Positions 40,928 through 53,639 of a DNA stretch of 64,000 bases are shown here, piece by piece (the stretch's first letter is position 1; each line of letters opens with the position of its first letter). The stretch lies in contig CM120643.1 in assembly GCA_051362555.1 (NCBI GenBank), forward strand, positions 6,696,001 to 6,760,000. Reading direction: 5' to 3'. The translations under genes were made by a program, and so were the position numbers. A model generated the notes under the pieces. It did no database searches. It was not told the DNA's origin and saw only the letters and a list, made by a program, of their open reading frames with translations. The stretch comes from Lingula anatina (lineage: Eukaryota > Animalia > Brachiopoda).

Positions 40928-42454
40928 ATAAGCATGTTTTACCCCTTACCCAGGTTCTGTATGATATTATTTGTTACTGAACACATTCAGAACAGTGGAC
41001 TAACAGATCTGCAGATCAAATATGCATAATCCCAGTGAAGAATCTATTCAGTGTCTAATCAGGAATTAATTTTTTTTTTTTAGCGGGTCACCATATTTGA
41101 TCCATGGATCTATTAGTCTGAATGTGCTCAAGGAGGCATGAGAGAGAAAATATAACAACAGTTATAGGAGTCTGATATTTTCTTAGTATTTAATTTGTCT
41201 TTCTCACCTCTCTTTATCTATGCCTCTCTACAACTTCAACCCAGTTTCTCTTAAATAAAAATTCTGCACTAATGAGCTTAATTAAATAAATAAACATTCT
41301 TTGATTACAAACAGCTCCAAAATTACCAGGTGGGAATTTACTAGGTACCAGTACTTATAACAGACATTAACAATGTGATGATTCAGTCACCATTCTGACT
41401 TGCTTAATCCAGTATTGGTTTATTAGCACTACATGTACTTTAGGCAAGCTAACTCAATAAATAACTTTGGATATTTAAGATAAGAAAAAAATTGTCTTTT
41501 CATTCAATTTTATTTTTAAAAATCTACATAAAATTACAAAGTAAGCAACAAAAGTAATAAACGTGCTTATCTTTTATTAAGACTACTATGACATCACAAC
41601 AGTACTGTACATATTAGTATAAAAGCTTCAATATATTTATTGCCAAAATTTGCTAAATTCTTTATTTTAAAGAAATGATAATGAAATGATTTCATCCATA
41701 TTACTTACACAAAATTTCTGCAGACATCTTTTATACTACTGGCAAACCATAAGATGAGCACTAACATAAGACTAGACAGCAAAGCTGGCAAAATATACAG
41801 ACACAAAACACAAAACAAGGTGCAACAATAGAGTTTAATAGATTTTTTTTTTCTGTGACAGCACCGAATATATACAAATATGGGCCAAGGCCTATGGCTT
41901 TGCAAATTCACCAGTTTTATCATTAGTTACATAATAAGCTTCTTTCAGTACTTATAAAACTATACATGTGTATTTGTAAAAATAATCAAATCCTGCTAAT
42001 TTTCAACTCAAGCAGCCTTTTACTAAACAAAGTCACTCTGCATATTTGATGTAAAACAAAATCATGGTTTGGTATCTATGTTAAGACAGTCACCAAAATA
42101 CATGCAAGAACAAAATAGATAAATAAATAAATTATGTGTTTTTAAATTTTTTTACTCAATCAAAGTTGGGGGGACATGCACCATGTTCAGGATGAATACC
42201 AGTGGATGTCTGGGAATGGCTACAGGAACATGGACCCTATCTCCTGATGTCAGGGAGGAAAAAGAAATGGCTGGAGCCTGGTACAAAATCCTTGACTGCA
42301 TTGAGACAAATCATCTCCAACAAAAGATTTCAGAAGGACATTTTGTCAAGAACAAGTATTTTCCCCATATAAAGGTAGGGAGATGATATTGTAATGATAC
42401 CCCCCCCCCCCTCCTCTGTTTGGTTTCCAATACCACATTTCCACCTAATCTCTT

Positions 42455-43323
42455 TAGTTGTGCTGGGACCCTTCCCTGAAAGTGACCGCGGCAACAGGGA
42501 TATATTGGTGGTGAGTGACTATTTCACCAAATGGGTTGAAGCCTTTCCCTTACTAAACCAGGAGGCCATGACGATTGCCAGGACTTTAGTGAAAGAAGTG
42601 ATTGCTAGATTCGGAACAGCAGCCAGTTTGCATTCAGATCAAGGCAGAAACTTTGAAGCAAACATTCTAAAAGAAGTTTGCACTATTCTAGGCATCTACA
42701 AGACCAAAACAACACTGTTTAATCCAAAATCAATATGGTTTGGTAGAACGCTTTAACTGAACCTTGCAATGGTTACAGGTATTGCAAAACTTCTAGAACC
42801 CAATCGACATCAGAAGGATTGGGATGAGAAGATCCCCTTATTCCTTATGGCCTACCACAGCTCACAACACGACAGCACAGGCGAAACCCCAAATCTAATT
42901 ATGTTAGGTCGAGAAATTGATTTGCCGGTACACGCAATAATTGTGGAACCTCCGGGTTCACCTGCTTTACAAACTGATTATGCTTTGCAATTGCATGAAA
43001 ACTTGAGTAGTGCCTGGAAACGAGCGAGAGAGAAGCTCAAGAAGAGTACTGTTGTACAGAAGAGTAACTATGATTCCCCAGTACATTGGCAAGCATACAA
43101 AGTAGGAGAAAATGTATGGTACTTCGATTTCAACAAGAAGAAGGGTGCGAGTCCAAAACTACAGCCAAAATGGACTGGGCCATACGAGGTGGTAGATCGA
43201 ATTTCAGACCTAGTATACCGGATAAAGCTTAGCCACAAGCATAAACCCAAAGTCGTGCACTACGATAATTTAAAGTTCTGTCATTACGTAACCCCAAAGT
43301 CCATGGTTTCAATCGACACTTGA
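42455..43323 (+). pseudogene. Ty3/Gypsy integrase (rve core plus GPY/F motif), frameshifted
   Basis: GPFPESDRGNRDILVVSDYFTKWVEAFPL, LHSDQGRNFE, GLVERFN* after a frameshift at ~42735, PKWTGPYEVV, KVVHYDNLK. Confidence 0.92.
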
Positions 43324-43491
43324 AGAGTCTGGACTTAAAGACTTACCTGAGTCGTGCGACGTCATGTATTCTGGATTTTCCATTTTCTGTTGCTTGTCTC
43401 TAATACTCCCCCCTCCCTTACATACCAGCAAAAATGTTAGGTCAGCCTTCCAGTACCTCTCACAGTAACTTACTCCTCTCCGTTCCTAGAC

Positions 43492-43978
43492 ATGTCAGGC
43501 TGTCTGTTCTGCAAGAAATCATTTACAGACCGAAGCAACCGTAAGCGCCATGAGAAGAGCTGTCTTAACTGCTTTTGCGGGTTGAAATTTGTTGACAAGA
43601 GTGTTGGTGGAACACTACAAAAGAAAGCATGCCCAGAAGAAGGAAGAGACGAACCCAGCAGGTCATATTATCCCGGAAGAACCCCCACTGCTAGTGGATG
43701 TTACACCTGGCGAGGAGGCATCCCTCATTCAGTCCCCTTCATCCAGTCCCAGGACATCTGAGAGAAAGCTAAAGGTAGGAACACCCCCTGACGAGTACCC
43801 AAGTTCCCTGGATGGAGAAGAAGACCGGCCAAGCAGCAAAGTCCCCAGGAGAGAAGTAAAAGAGGGAGAAGTAGAGATGGATATGGTGGCTTTGTTCCAG
43901 AGGGTTAGGCGATTGCACGAGCGAGAGACGCGCTACCCTGATGGGAGGAGAGACATTGTTAGAAACTTTTATTTTTAA
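43492..43978 (+). pseudogene. Gypsy accessory ORF with two zinc fingers (one 2-nt frameshift)
   Basis: C-x2-C-x12-H-x3-C, then C-x-C-x12-H-x4-H once the frames join at ~43600; acidic/Ser-Pro linker; ends RETRYPDGRRDIVRNFYF; pyrimidine tract plus AG immediately before the ATG. Confidence 0.7.
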
Positions 43979-44857
43979 TAAAGAAAAAAAGAAAAGCAAT
44001 AGAGAAAAAGATGAGAATTTTTACGAATAAAAGGAAGAGAAAAGAAAATGATCAATAAAGTCTTGTTAAACTAAAAACGGGGTCTTATTTTGATTCAGGA
44101 GAATCAAATTTAAAAGGTTGGGGGCAGTGTAACGTTCCCCCCCCCCCTCCGTTTTGCATTCCAATACAACATTTTCACCTAATCTCTTCAGAAATTCACT
44201 ATGGAAGGGTTAGCGCTTACGTACCTGCCCTCCACCTTTATTTGATTCCCCCTACTACAATCGTTTCCGTCGATTGTAAGAAATTTTAATCTAAAGAAGA
44301 CAAAACTACCGATACAGTGCATCGACGATGCATGGAAGCCGCCATATATGTCACTTCATGCTGACCTACGCCGAACGCGAAGCTCGTGCTTCGCGCGACT
44401 GAAGAATCATCAGTGAGTGTTAGGGCAGCCCTTAGGGGCTAGCCCGCTTCATTTTATTATTTATTTTTTAGGGGGGAAACCCGATAGGGAATTTAAATGT
44501 TCAGTAGATTTAACGGTAGATTATAACTGCATTTATTCCATTGCTAGATTAACGTAGAAACTTTACTGAAATTTTATTCCGATGTAGCCCCAGTTTTCAT
44601 TACTTACTGTAACAGTTTATACTGAGTCCGATTATAGACACAGATCAGTTAAGTTTGTTATTCTTACTGCAGTCGTTTTATTGACAGCAGTAAATACTTA
44701 AGTTCGTTATTTTCACAGCTGTCAATCTCTTGACAGCAGTGCGTAGTTAAGGCTAAGCGTAGGGTAGTTTTTCTTTATATTTATTATCTTATGTTCGCTT
44801 ATTTTCCTTTCTAACTATTCCATGTTGACATTTAAAGACATTTCAGGCATGGCTAGG

Positions 44858-46405
44858 TCATGTTGTCTTCGTAGACAACGTCAGTCATTTCATGTTGTCA
44901 TCTAATTACCGCGTCATTCCCGTCATAGTTAAGTTAGGTTGTTTTTAGGAACAACGCATATTGTCGTCTGAGACAACATCAGTCAGTTCATGTTGTCATA
45001 TAATGACCGCGTCATTCCCATCATAGTTAAGTTAGGTTGTCTTTTAGAGACAACGTCATGTTGTCGTCGGAGACAAAGTTAGTCATTCCATGTTGTCATA
45101 TAATGACGGCATCATTTCCGTCATAATTAAGTTAGGTTGTCATTTAGAGACAACGTCATGTTGTCGTCGGAGACAACGTTAGTCATTCCATGTTGTCATA
45201 TAATGACCGCGTCATTCCCGTCATAGTTAAGTTGGTTGTCTTTTAGAGACAACGTCATGTTGTCCTCTGAGACAACGTCAGTCATTCCATGTTGTCATCT
45301 AATGACCGCGTCATTTAAGTCATAGTTAAGTCATGTTGTCGTCTGAGACGTCAGTCATTCCATGTTGTCATCTAATGACCGCGTCATTCAGGTCATAGTT
45401 AAGTTATGTTGTCTTTTAGAGACAATGTCATGTTGTCGTCTGAGACAACGTCAGTCATTCCATGTTGTCACCTAATGACTGCGTCATTCAAGTCATAGTT
45501 AAGTTATGTTGTCTTTTAGAGACAATGTCATGTTGTCGTCTGAGACAACGTCAGTCATTCCATGTTGTCATCTAATGACCGCGTCATTTAAGTCATAGTT
45601 AAGTCATGTTGTCGTCTGAGACAACATCAGTCATTCCATGTTGTCATCTAATGACCGTGTCATTCAAGTCATAGTTAAGTTATGTTGTCTTTTAGGGACA
45701 ACGTCATGTTGTCGTCAGAGACAACGTCAGTCATTCCATGTTGTCATCCACTGACTGCGTCATTTAACACACACCCCATTTCCATAGATTAGATCGACCT
45801 ACTTTAGATCGATCTAACTCCCTGGGGGTTCACGCTAAATAGCTGTCAGCCGGGCGGACACGAAAGTTAATTACCCCCTTAAAGCTTGTAGTAGGCGGGA
45901 CGGACATTTAAGTCGGATTATCTGAAAGTAATCTAGTGAGACTCCTCGCGGGGATAGATCAATCTAAAATCTATGGGAATAGAGCCTTAGTTAAGTTAGG
46001 TTGTCTTTTAGGGACAACGTCATGTTGTCGTCAGAGACAACGTCTGTCATTCAATGTTGTCATCTAGTGACCGCATCATGTAAGTCATAGTTGAGTTAGG
46101 TTGTCTTTTAGGGACAACGTCATGTTGTCGTCAGAGACATGTTGTCATATAATGACCGCGTCATTTCAGTCATAGTTAAGTTAGGTTGTCTTTTAGTGAC
46201 AACGTCATGTTGCCCTCAGAGACAACATCAGTCATTCCATGTTGTCATCTAATAACCACGTTATTTCAGTTAAAGTTAAGTTCTGTTGTCGGTTAGTGAG
46301 AACGTCATGTTGTCGTCTGAGACAACGTCAGTAATCCCATGTTGTCATCTAATGACCACGTCATTCCAGTCATGGTTAAGGCATGTTGTTTGTTTTAGAC
46401 ATAAC
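44858..46405. repeat. 100-bp tandem array built from GTTGTC-N6-GACAAC palindromes
   Basis: TTGTCGTCGGAGACAA at 45061 and 45161; roughly 14 monomers, some ~77-bp variants lacking one palindrome; interrupted by a MITE. Confidence 0.95.
45772..45986. mobile_element. ~214-bp MITE, copy 2
   Basis: Near-identical to 4957-5170; splits an array monomer. Confidence 0.9.
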
Positions 46406-47744
46406 GTCGTAGGGTCAGATTTAGCGCTTGCGATGAAGCTTAGTTTAACTTTAGCGTAACTTAACGCTAGGTCCTTGTTTCGTGTAATCTACTAATGGAA
46501 TCAATGTTCAGTGTTACCCTAGTATGTGGGGGAAGGATTTTACTGTACGCATGATTGCTACGATAGTATATGGGGGGAGAGATTTAACCGCATTTATCTT
46601 AAGTTTAAAGACTGTGTACGGGAGGGCGGTTTATAAGAAAATAATGTTATGCACGCCGGCGAGGTATGTTGGCTATGGATAGACAAGGTCGGCATAGTGA
46701 GTCTTTCAGAGGGAGTTAGAGACCTCTTTAAATTTCTCTAGCTAGTGTAGGCAATGCTAAGATATAAAATCATTGTAAGAAGTAAATTTCATAGTTGAAT
46801 AATCAGTGTTTAGCACAGTGCATAGTGGGAGAGTTACTAATCAACGTGATTTGAGTTTCTTTGAGTTAACAGTTGGCTGGGCAGAACCTCTTCAGTGTCT
46901 TCCGGGCCATGTGCTTATGCAGCATAACGGTCTGGGCCCCCTTGGTAGAGCTGTGCCAAGGATGTTGCATTTATTGTGGATGACGACCCCGGGTGAAAAG
47001 CCGGCCGGGTCCGGGGTGCCATAGTAGAGCAGACGTCCACTTGGGTCTGATGCCGAGTTCCAGCCCAAGAGTGTTCCTCCCGTGTGAAGGGAGTCGAGTT
47101 ACCCCGTGTGAAGGGGCAGATTTTGCTTTTGTTTCTTTAGTTCAGTGTGTCCATCCGGAGGAGTCGAGTGGATGCCAGCCGAGTGTGACCTTAGAAACGG
47201 AGACGTGGTGAAGATTGTCCAACCCCTGCCACGGGACGTAAGGCCGTAGCGGGCCGATCCCTTACGGTGCTTCCCTGCGAACCCCGTCTCCGACCCTGCG
47301 AGTTCGGAGATTTCACACGGAACAGACGGTGCTCAGGGAGTGGAAAATGTGGGCTTGTGATATGCGAAGATTAACCTTGCTCTTTCGGTGCCAATGATCA
47401 CTGGTCCCGAGTCAAAGGGTTTCACCGCCGCCAAGATCTCCACTAATTGGTTTGAAGGCCGCGGCAATCCCCTGCGCCCTCGTCACTGGTGACAAGGAAG
47501 ATTGTCAGTATTGAGTTGGTATCACTTGACCTGCACCCTTGCGCATTTCTGGTAGAGAGTATCGCCGCATCCACATCAGAGCTGGTGAAGCTGGAATCGG
47601 GCTGTCGGGAGAGGGTGCACACCGAGAGCTGACTTGGATTCCCCTAGCGACTGCGGCCGTGCGATGCGGTATGAACTCCCTACCATGAGGACAACATCTT
47701 GAAGAGAAAATTACAGAATGGACAGCACCACGGAGATGAGTGAT

Positions 47745-47945
47745 ACTATGCGAGCCACGACGCTACCATAAGAAGTCTACGCGAGCCACGACGCTACCAT
47801 AAGATGACTACGTACGATAATTCATATGAGAAGATAGGCGATCTACGGGAACCGCTGCGCTACCCATAAGAAGACTATGCGAGCCACGACGCTACCATAA
47901 GCTGACTACGTACGATAATTCATATGAGAAGATACACGATCTATG
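47745..47945. repeat. Short tandem repeat (~33-bp GCGAGCCACGACGCTACCATAAG units)
   Basis: Three good copies plus a duplicated GACTACGTACGATAATTCATATGAGAAGATA block. Confidence 0.9.
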
Positions 47946-48554
47946 GGAACTGCTGGTGAAAAAGGAATTTTGTAACCTTTTATACAATTGCAGAATGTCT
48001 CCTGAGAAATTTCAAGACTTCCGAAAAAGAAGTTGACAGCCTGATGGCCAAACAACTTCAGTTTGCTCCATACCAAACTGGAGGTGGAAAGGAAAATAGC
48101 GGCTGTAAAACCCCCCAAAAATAAATTAGAACTTTCTTATGTTAACGCGCTATCTCCCTTCTCTGGGGATCTTCAGACTAATAATTATGATACTCAAAAT
48201 GCACTGTGTGTCAGATCTATGTTTACTAGCTGTTTCTATAGGTATTAATAAAGGTATACATGGAAGTCAATCAAGTGTGTACATGATTAGTGTAGACTAG
48301 GGCTCTAGAGTGATGCCAATTGGCAGTGTGTGGCACCTGCATTATAGAGGGTGACAAAACAATGTAATCACAATTGATATTGACATGTATACATGGAGGT
48401 TACAACATAAAGAAATTATAAGAATAGGTAAATGGCACGATTCAAGTAGTTTGCAGTTAACAATCAGTAGAAATGTATAAGATATCAACTAAGACTTTAT
48501 CATATCCAATTTCAAATGATAGCAAGTATGTACAAAAATGTAGTACATATATAA

Positions 48555-48889
48555 TTATCTGTTCAAAGATGGTTTCAGTTTATCAAAAAGTGTTTTTCCA
48601 TTCTTAATCTTGCCTCTGAATCCTCTGTTTTCATCTTGTATATTGGTGAGATTTTGAATGGTGGTGAAATATCTTTTGCTAACATGTAGACTTAAAGGGA
48701 TAATAACTCTTTGTATGAGGTATATATTTCACAATAAAAACATTGTGAGCAACTCACAGAAATATAATATATTCTGTTTTACCACAAAAACGGCATTTAT
48801 AGCCATTATTCTGATATCTGAGCTTGTCTTTAGACCACATGACCTCCATATATGGCTATACTCTGTTATAATCTCTTAAGAGATTATAA

Positions 48890-48928
<39 letters not shown>

Positions 48929-49712
48929 TTTTAGAAAAAAAAAAAAAAAACAGGGACTACCTTTGAATGTAAAAATGGATTCATTAACCATTGGTAAGTA
49001 TGGGAAAATTATTGTTTACTCCAGGAAAATTCATTTTTTTGGCCAAAACGAAGAGTTATTATCCCTTTAAATGGTTGATAGTGTTTATATGCTGGCAATG
49101 AACTCTACAGCGATTTCTAAGTTCATCACCACTCATTCCTACATACATTTCTTGACAGGAGTTACAAAATAGTACATAAATAAAGTTTTTTGTATTACAA
49201 TTCATGTCTGCTTTAATAACATAATCTAGATTGATACTGTTAAAATGGAAGTTTGATGTTTTAACAATATTGTCACAGCATTTACATTTCTTATCATTGC
49301 ATTTAGAAGTTTTATAGATTTTACCTTGGGGTATAAATGCTGCTTTAGTTATAAGCTTTTTTAAGTTAGGGGCCTGATGATTGGATGCAATTATGCAGGT
49401 GTCTTTTAAAACGTCCCTCATTTTATCAATGAAATCGAGTATAGCTATACTTGATGTGATTGACTGAAAAAAACTCACATTATTTTTTATATTACATTTT
49501 ACATCAAATACTGTTGTCATATATATTTGAGGATGAATACATTTTTGCACATGCATATTTGCCTTTTACATTTTCTTTTCACTCCCATATAATAGATGAA
49601 ATAGAATTAGAAACTTGTAGTAACAGACATGCAGGAGTCTTTTTATTTCAAGAAATACTTGATATCTTGGAGAACACCTTCAGCCATCAGTCAAATTTCA
49701 ATCAAATATCCT
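48555..49712 (-). mobile_element. Penelope-like element remnant with GIY-YIG endonuclease
   Basis: KCNDKKCKCC...MNCNTKNFIYVLFCNSCQEMYVGMSG..LRNR...H; continues past the MITE as SLHVSK...PFKISPIYK...RLRMEKHF..KLKPSLNR*. Confidence 0.9.
48696..49066. mobile_element. 371-bp TTAA-target MITE (Kolobok-like)
   Basis: TIR AGGGATAATAACTCTT / AAGAGTTATTATCCCT with TTAA on both sides; splits the Penelope ORF. Confidence 0.9.
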
Positions 49713-49714
49713 GA

Positions 49715-49894
49715 TAACCTAATTGATATATCAATGTTGATTCAATTTTCAAATTCAACCTAATTTCAACATTGATTCAACATTGATACCTCAACGTTGA
49801 TTCAACTTTCATAGTCAACGTCATATCAACATAGTTTCAACGTTGACCGTCAACGCTGATTCAACATTGATTCAATGTTGATTTGCCCGCTGGG
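49715..49894. mobile_element. CMC/EnSpm-type terminus with TCAACGTTGA subterminal repeats
   Basis: Repeated palindromic TCAAC(G/A)TTGA units ending TTGCCCGCTGGG. Confidence 0.65.
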
Positions 49895-50394
49895 ATACCC
49901 TCTACCAGGGCTATATACTGAAAGATTCATGTTTTTGGCCTCCTAAAACCACTCTTACCTAGGTTTACACTCTCCTTAGCCCTGTAATTTCACTATAATT
50001 AAATGTTTTATGCAATAAATAACAAATACATTAAGTGTTTAGATTTATAATTAGGTATGCCTTTTTTTATCATTCCAGATACAACCTACCATGGACATGG
50101 AACAAATATTGACTTTCACTGCTGTATCCTCCTACAACAGTGAGGATTTCTTCTTAACTGAACAGTTAGAGGGGGAAACAGCAATGACATATAACATTGC
50201 TGAAAATATCTTTCTCAACCACCGAGGATGGCACATCAAGTGAACTGCGAATAACAATAATAGCAATAATAAGAGAAAACAAAATCATCAAATCATCAGG
50301 TAATTCAGCAAGTCAAGTGCGGAGCTGATCCCCAACCACAACAAGCAAGACTGAGAGTCCAACCAGATATTCCCCTTGGAGTCCCTGTATAACC

Positions 50395-50860
50395 ATTAAC
50401 AGAAAAGAAGACCCTGCACGATGGATTTCACGGTATAATAAATTCTGCATAGCTAAACAATGGGATGGACAAGAAAAAGTGCACTACTTCCCTCTATATT
50501 TAGGTGAAGTAGCAGCTAGAGGAGTGGCATGAGCAGCTTTCACACGAAATTCAACAAAACTATGAACAATTAGAAAGAGCACTCAAGTCCAGATTATCTC
50601 TGCACCATCATGCTTATGACAAAATATGATACAAGCACCACAAGAAAAAGTATTGGACTTCATCACAAGAAAAAGAACTTCAGCTCATCAAGCAAATATA
50701 CCAGAGGATCAGATATTATCTTACATTATACCATCGTTACTCCCAGAAGTCAGTAAATTTGTTATTCAGAGGCAGACAAACTTGATGCAAGAACTAGAAG
50801 CTGCAGTTGCATCGGCTGAAGCATCATTCATGTCCACAAACCCAAACGACAACAAAATGA
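50395..50860 (+). pseudogene. LTR-retrotransposon gag (capsid) fragment
   Basis: EDPARWISRYNKFCIAKQWDGQEKVHYFPLYLGEVA..W.......NYEQLERALKSR...Q.PQEKVLDFITR...LLPEVSKFVI; frameshifted. Confidence 0.75.
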
Positions 50861-51189
50861 GTCAAGATACAACAATAGGAGTGTTCACTCTTATGTACTG
50901 TTTCATTTTATTATCTGAATATTTAGATAGTTTTAGCTACAATCATGCAGTGAGTATAAATTTTTTGGAGGTAAATTTGTTGATCATTTTGCATCTCATT
51001 GATCTTTATAACAACAAAGATAACAACCATTAACTTCTTCCTATGTTACTGTAGTTGTTGTTCTTTTGTAATGTACCTCCTCTACCAATCCAGATTCCAT
51101 ACAAGAGCAAATAGGAAAGGTGCCCTAGCTATTACACCAGCGCCAACAACTCCATATTTTGGTGGAAGATACTGAAAGTTAGGATTATG

Positions 51190-52070
51190 TTACTGCCACT
51201 GATACTGGAGAAGCAGATTTTTGTAGAGTCTACCTAATCTGTGCTTCAGCAGACTTGCCTGCAAAAAGTTAAGTTTTAAACATGATGCAGTTCAATGGTT
51301 CTAATAGCTGTCACATGTGCACACAACCAGGAAATACTGCAAAAACAGATAAAGGTGGTGCAGTTCATATATTTCTATATGTGGAGGGAAATGCTAAAGG
51401 CCCTGGTAGGGAACCAACAATATGTTTGGACAATGCTAAGGAAGCTTTAGTCTGGTAAACCTGTTGAAGGTATAAAGGGTCCTTCCTTTTTGATGGGGTT
51501 GAGGTTTTACAATATTATTATTATATATTTTCTACCAGCATAGACTACATGCATAGTATGCTATTAGGTACAACAAAATTGCTTAAAAAAGTTTGGTTTT
51601 CACCCAGTTTAAGCAAGGATAAATTTAGTTTAGCATCTAGTGTTGATTCGGTAGATTCTCGATCAAGTTGTATTAAACCACCCTCATTTATATCAAGATC
51701 GAGTGCCTAGGAGTTTCAGTACGCATTATAATATTGGAAGGCTTCAAAATTTAGATCATATTGGCTCTTTTATTATTCTTTGCCTGTTGTACGTGATTTA
51801 ATTGCCTGTTTCGTAGAAGCAATATTTTATTGAATTATTTTGTTTTAATGTTTGGTTCACTTTATGGGTAAAGGTACTGTATCCTAAATGTTCATCTGTT
51901 ATTACACTTACCAGACTGTGTAAGAAATCTGGTACCACTGTGGGGATATTCTTGTTTCCCATTCAAAAACATTAATGGACAGGTTACAAGATTATACCAT
52001 GGCACACAAAATATTGATACTCAGATAGTTGCATTAGTAAATATTTTGCAGACTTTGCCTCACCTTATTT
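51190..52070 (+). pseudogene. CMC/EnSpm (CACTA) transposase fragment 1
   Basis: CASADLPAKS*VLNMMQFNGSNSCHMC, IDYMHSMLLG, YWKASKFRS, LNVHLLLHLPDCVRNL.PLWGYSCFPF.N.NG. Confidence 0.88.
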
Positions 52071-52089
52071 GCCTCAAAACTTTATCAGA

Positions 52090-52274
52090 ATTACAATGAG
52101 ATTGTACAGAAGTTAAGTAGAAAATACAGAAATGTGCAGGTGTGCAATGATGAAGATTTTTGTCGCACACTTCTGCACACTCCCCATAGCTGTTTAGTGC
52201 ACACTCTAAGAGTGTGCGGCACATGTGCAGCATATTTGCAACATGTGTGCTGCACACTTTTTATTTTGCTAAGG
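52090..52274. mobile_element. Probable CMC/EnSpm-type terminus with GTGTGC/GCACAC subterminal repeats
   Basis: Clustered GCACAC/GTGTGC repeats ending TTTTGCTAAGGG. Confidence 0.45.
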
Positions 52275-53639
52275 GTACTGATCCGCCTACCAAATATGGC
52301 CGACCACAGTTCAAAAGCGATGCCACTGATTCCTGATGGTCTCCCCCACTCCACACGCGCCTTTAAACAGATTAAATCTCTGCTCCGAGGTTTAATTGCA
52401 AAGCCATGCAGTGACAGTGCATGTGGAGGTGGGGAGACTAAAAAGAAGCCATTTGTGTGTGAGACGTCATCAGTTAGTGGGTATGGAAGCAGATCGCTAT
52501 CGATGTATAATTTTCACGCGGCATTTTAAAGTTGTCTGATAAAAATCGATCTCTTAAGTTTCAGCGTAACGAACGTTACATGGGGCACGGTGCAGAAAAA
52601 TCCATCTTGTAGAGCAAGAAATGTGAAATTCTTAAGAAAACTGATATTGGCATGGACTTTGTGACACAAACTAACCGACTACTTTGGACGATTGAAGAGT
52701 TTAAATACGGAAAGATAGGATTAGATGAAATTTTCATTGGGCTGGGACATGGCATGTAACGTTAGTTACGGTAATTTTGTGATCATTTTTCAGTGACTTC
52801 AAATAAATTTTTATTTAAATAACCATTTGCACATTCTGTTTATTATATCTTCTTGCAGTAGGTGTATTTCCTGCTTCAATAATCCATTCAAATCCTAAAC
52901 AGACTGTTCCTAAATAGAGGTAGGGTCGAAATTCCACAAAAATGGACGTCATTTTGAGGGTAATTTCGATATATTTTCTGCTTTTTCTCTTAATTTGCTT
53001 TTAAGCATCCTCCTTGCTCATGCAGCTTCTTTGATTTGTTTTTGAGACATACACAATGATGTCATGGGAATTTGGTCGGCAATCTAAATTTAAAATACAT
53101 TGTTATTGTCATTTTGCAAAATGATCAGGAAAATCTGAGAACTAATTGATGAGTGGCAAAAGAGTGAGCCAGAGGATAAAATGTTCTTCAGAGAGACTCA
53201 GGGACGAGGAAAGAAAGGGATTTCTATTTATATATCAATCACAGTGGCAACAGAAGCTGTTAAAGGTACATACGAACCGAGCATCGGTGGAGTGTGGATT
53301 CCCAGTAACACATGTAAACCACTTCTACTAGTTTCTTATACGACTCAAATAAATTGGACAAGCCAAGGGATAAACTGAATAGATCACTCAATCAGCCATA
53401 AAAGAGCTTTAGACTGCTCCTTTCTTTAAATTTCTGGTCAGAAATTTAACCTACTTTCATGACCTACTTTTCTTCCCCATTGACATACAACATAGAGTGC
53501 TAGCAGAAAAATCCGTTCAAACATCATTTTCAGGGAAAATTAAACAATGCCTTTTGGTAATTCTCTTAGTTATACTACTTGAAACTATATGCTGGCATTT
53601 GGTCTTTTTTGTGACAAAAAATTGACTTTGTATGCATCT

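Larger units (their letters stand above)
44128..48404 (+). mobile_element. Probable very long Gypsy 3' LTR
   Basis: PPT AAAAGGTTGGGGGCAG followed by TGTAAC at 44128; AATAAA at 48247 followed by candidate ends GTGACA (48356) or GTTACA (48404). Left boundary is firm, right boundary uncertain. Confidence 0.5.

Noticed and set aside
44858-46405. CRISPR-like array (GTTGTC...GACAAC palindromic repeats)
   Set aside because: The intervening sequences are themselves repeated rather than unique spacers, there are no cas genes, and the context is eukaryotic.
46806-47700. Protein-coding gene in the GC-rich block
   Set aside because: The frames read are interrupted and show no recognisable motif.
52565-52771. 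Inverted pair CGTAACGAACGTTACATG / CATGTAACGTTAGTTACG
   Set aside because: Probably an internal piece of a MITE; no termini or TSD could be defined.
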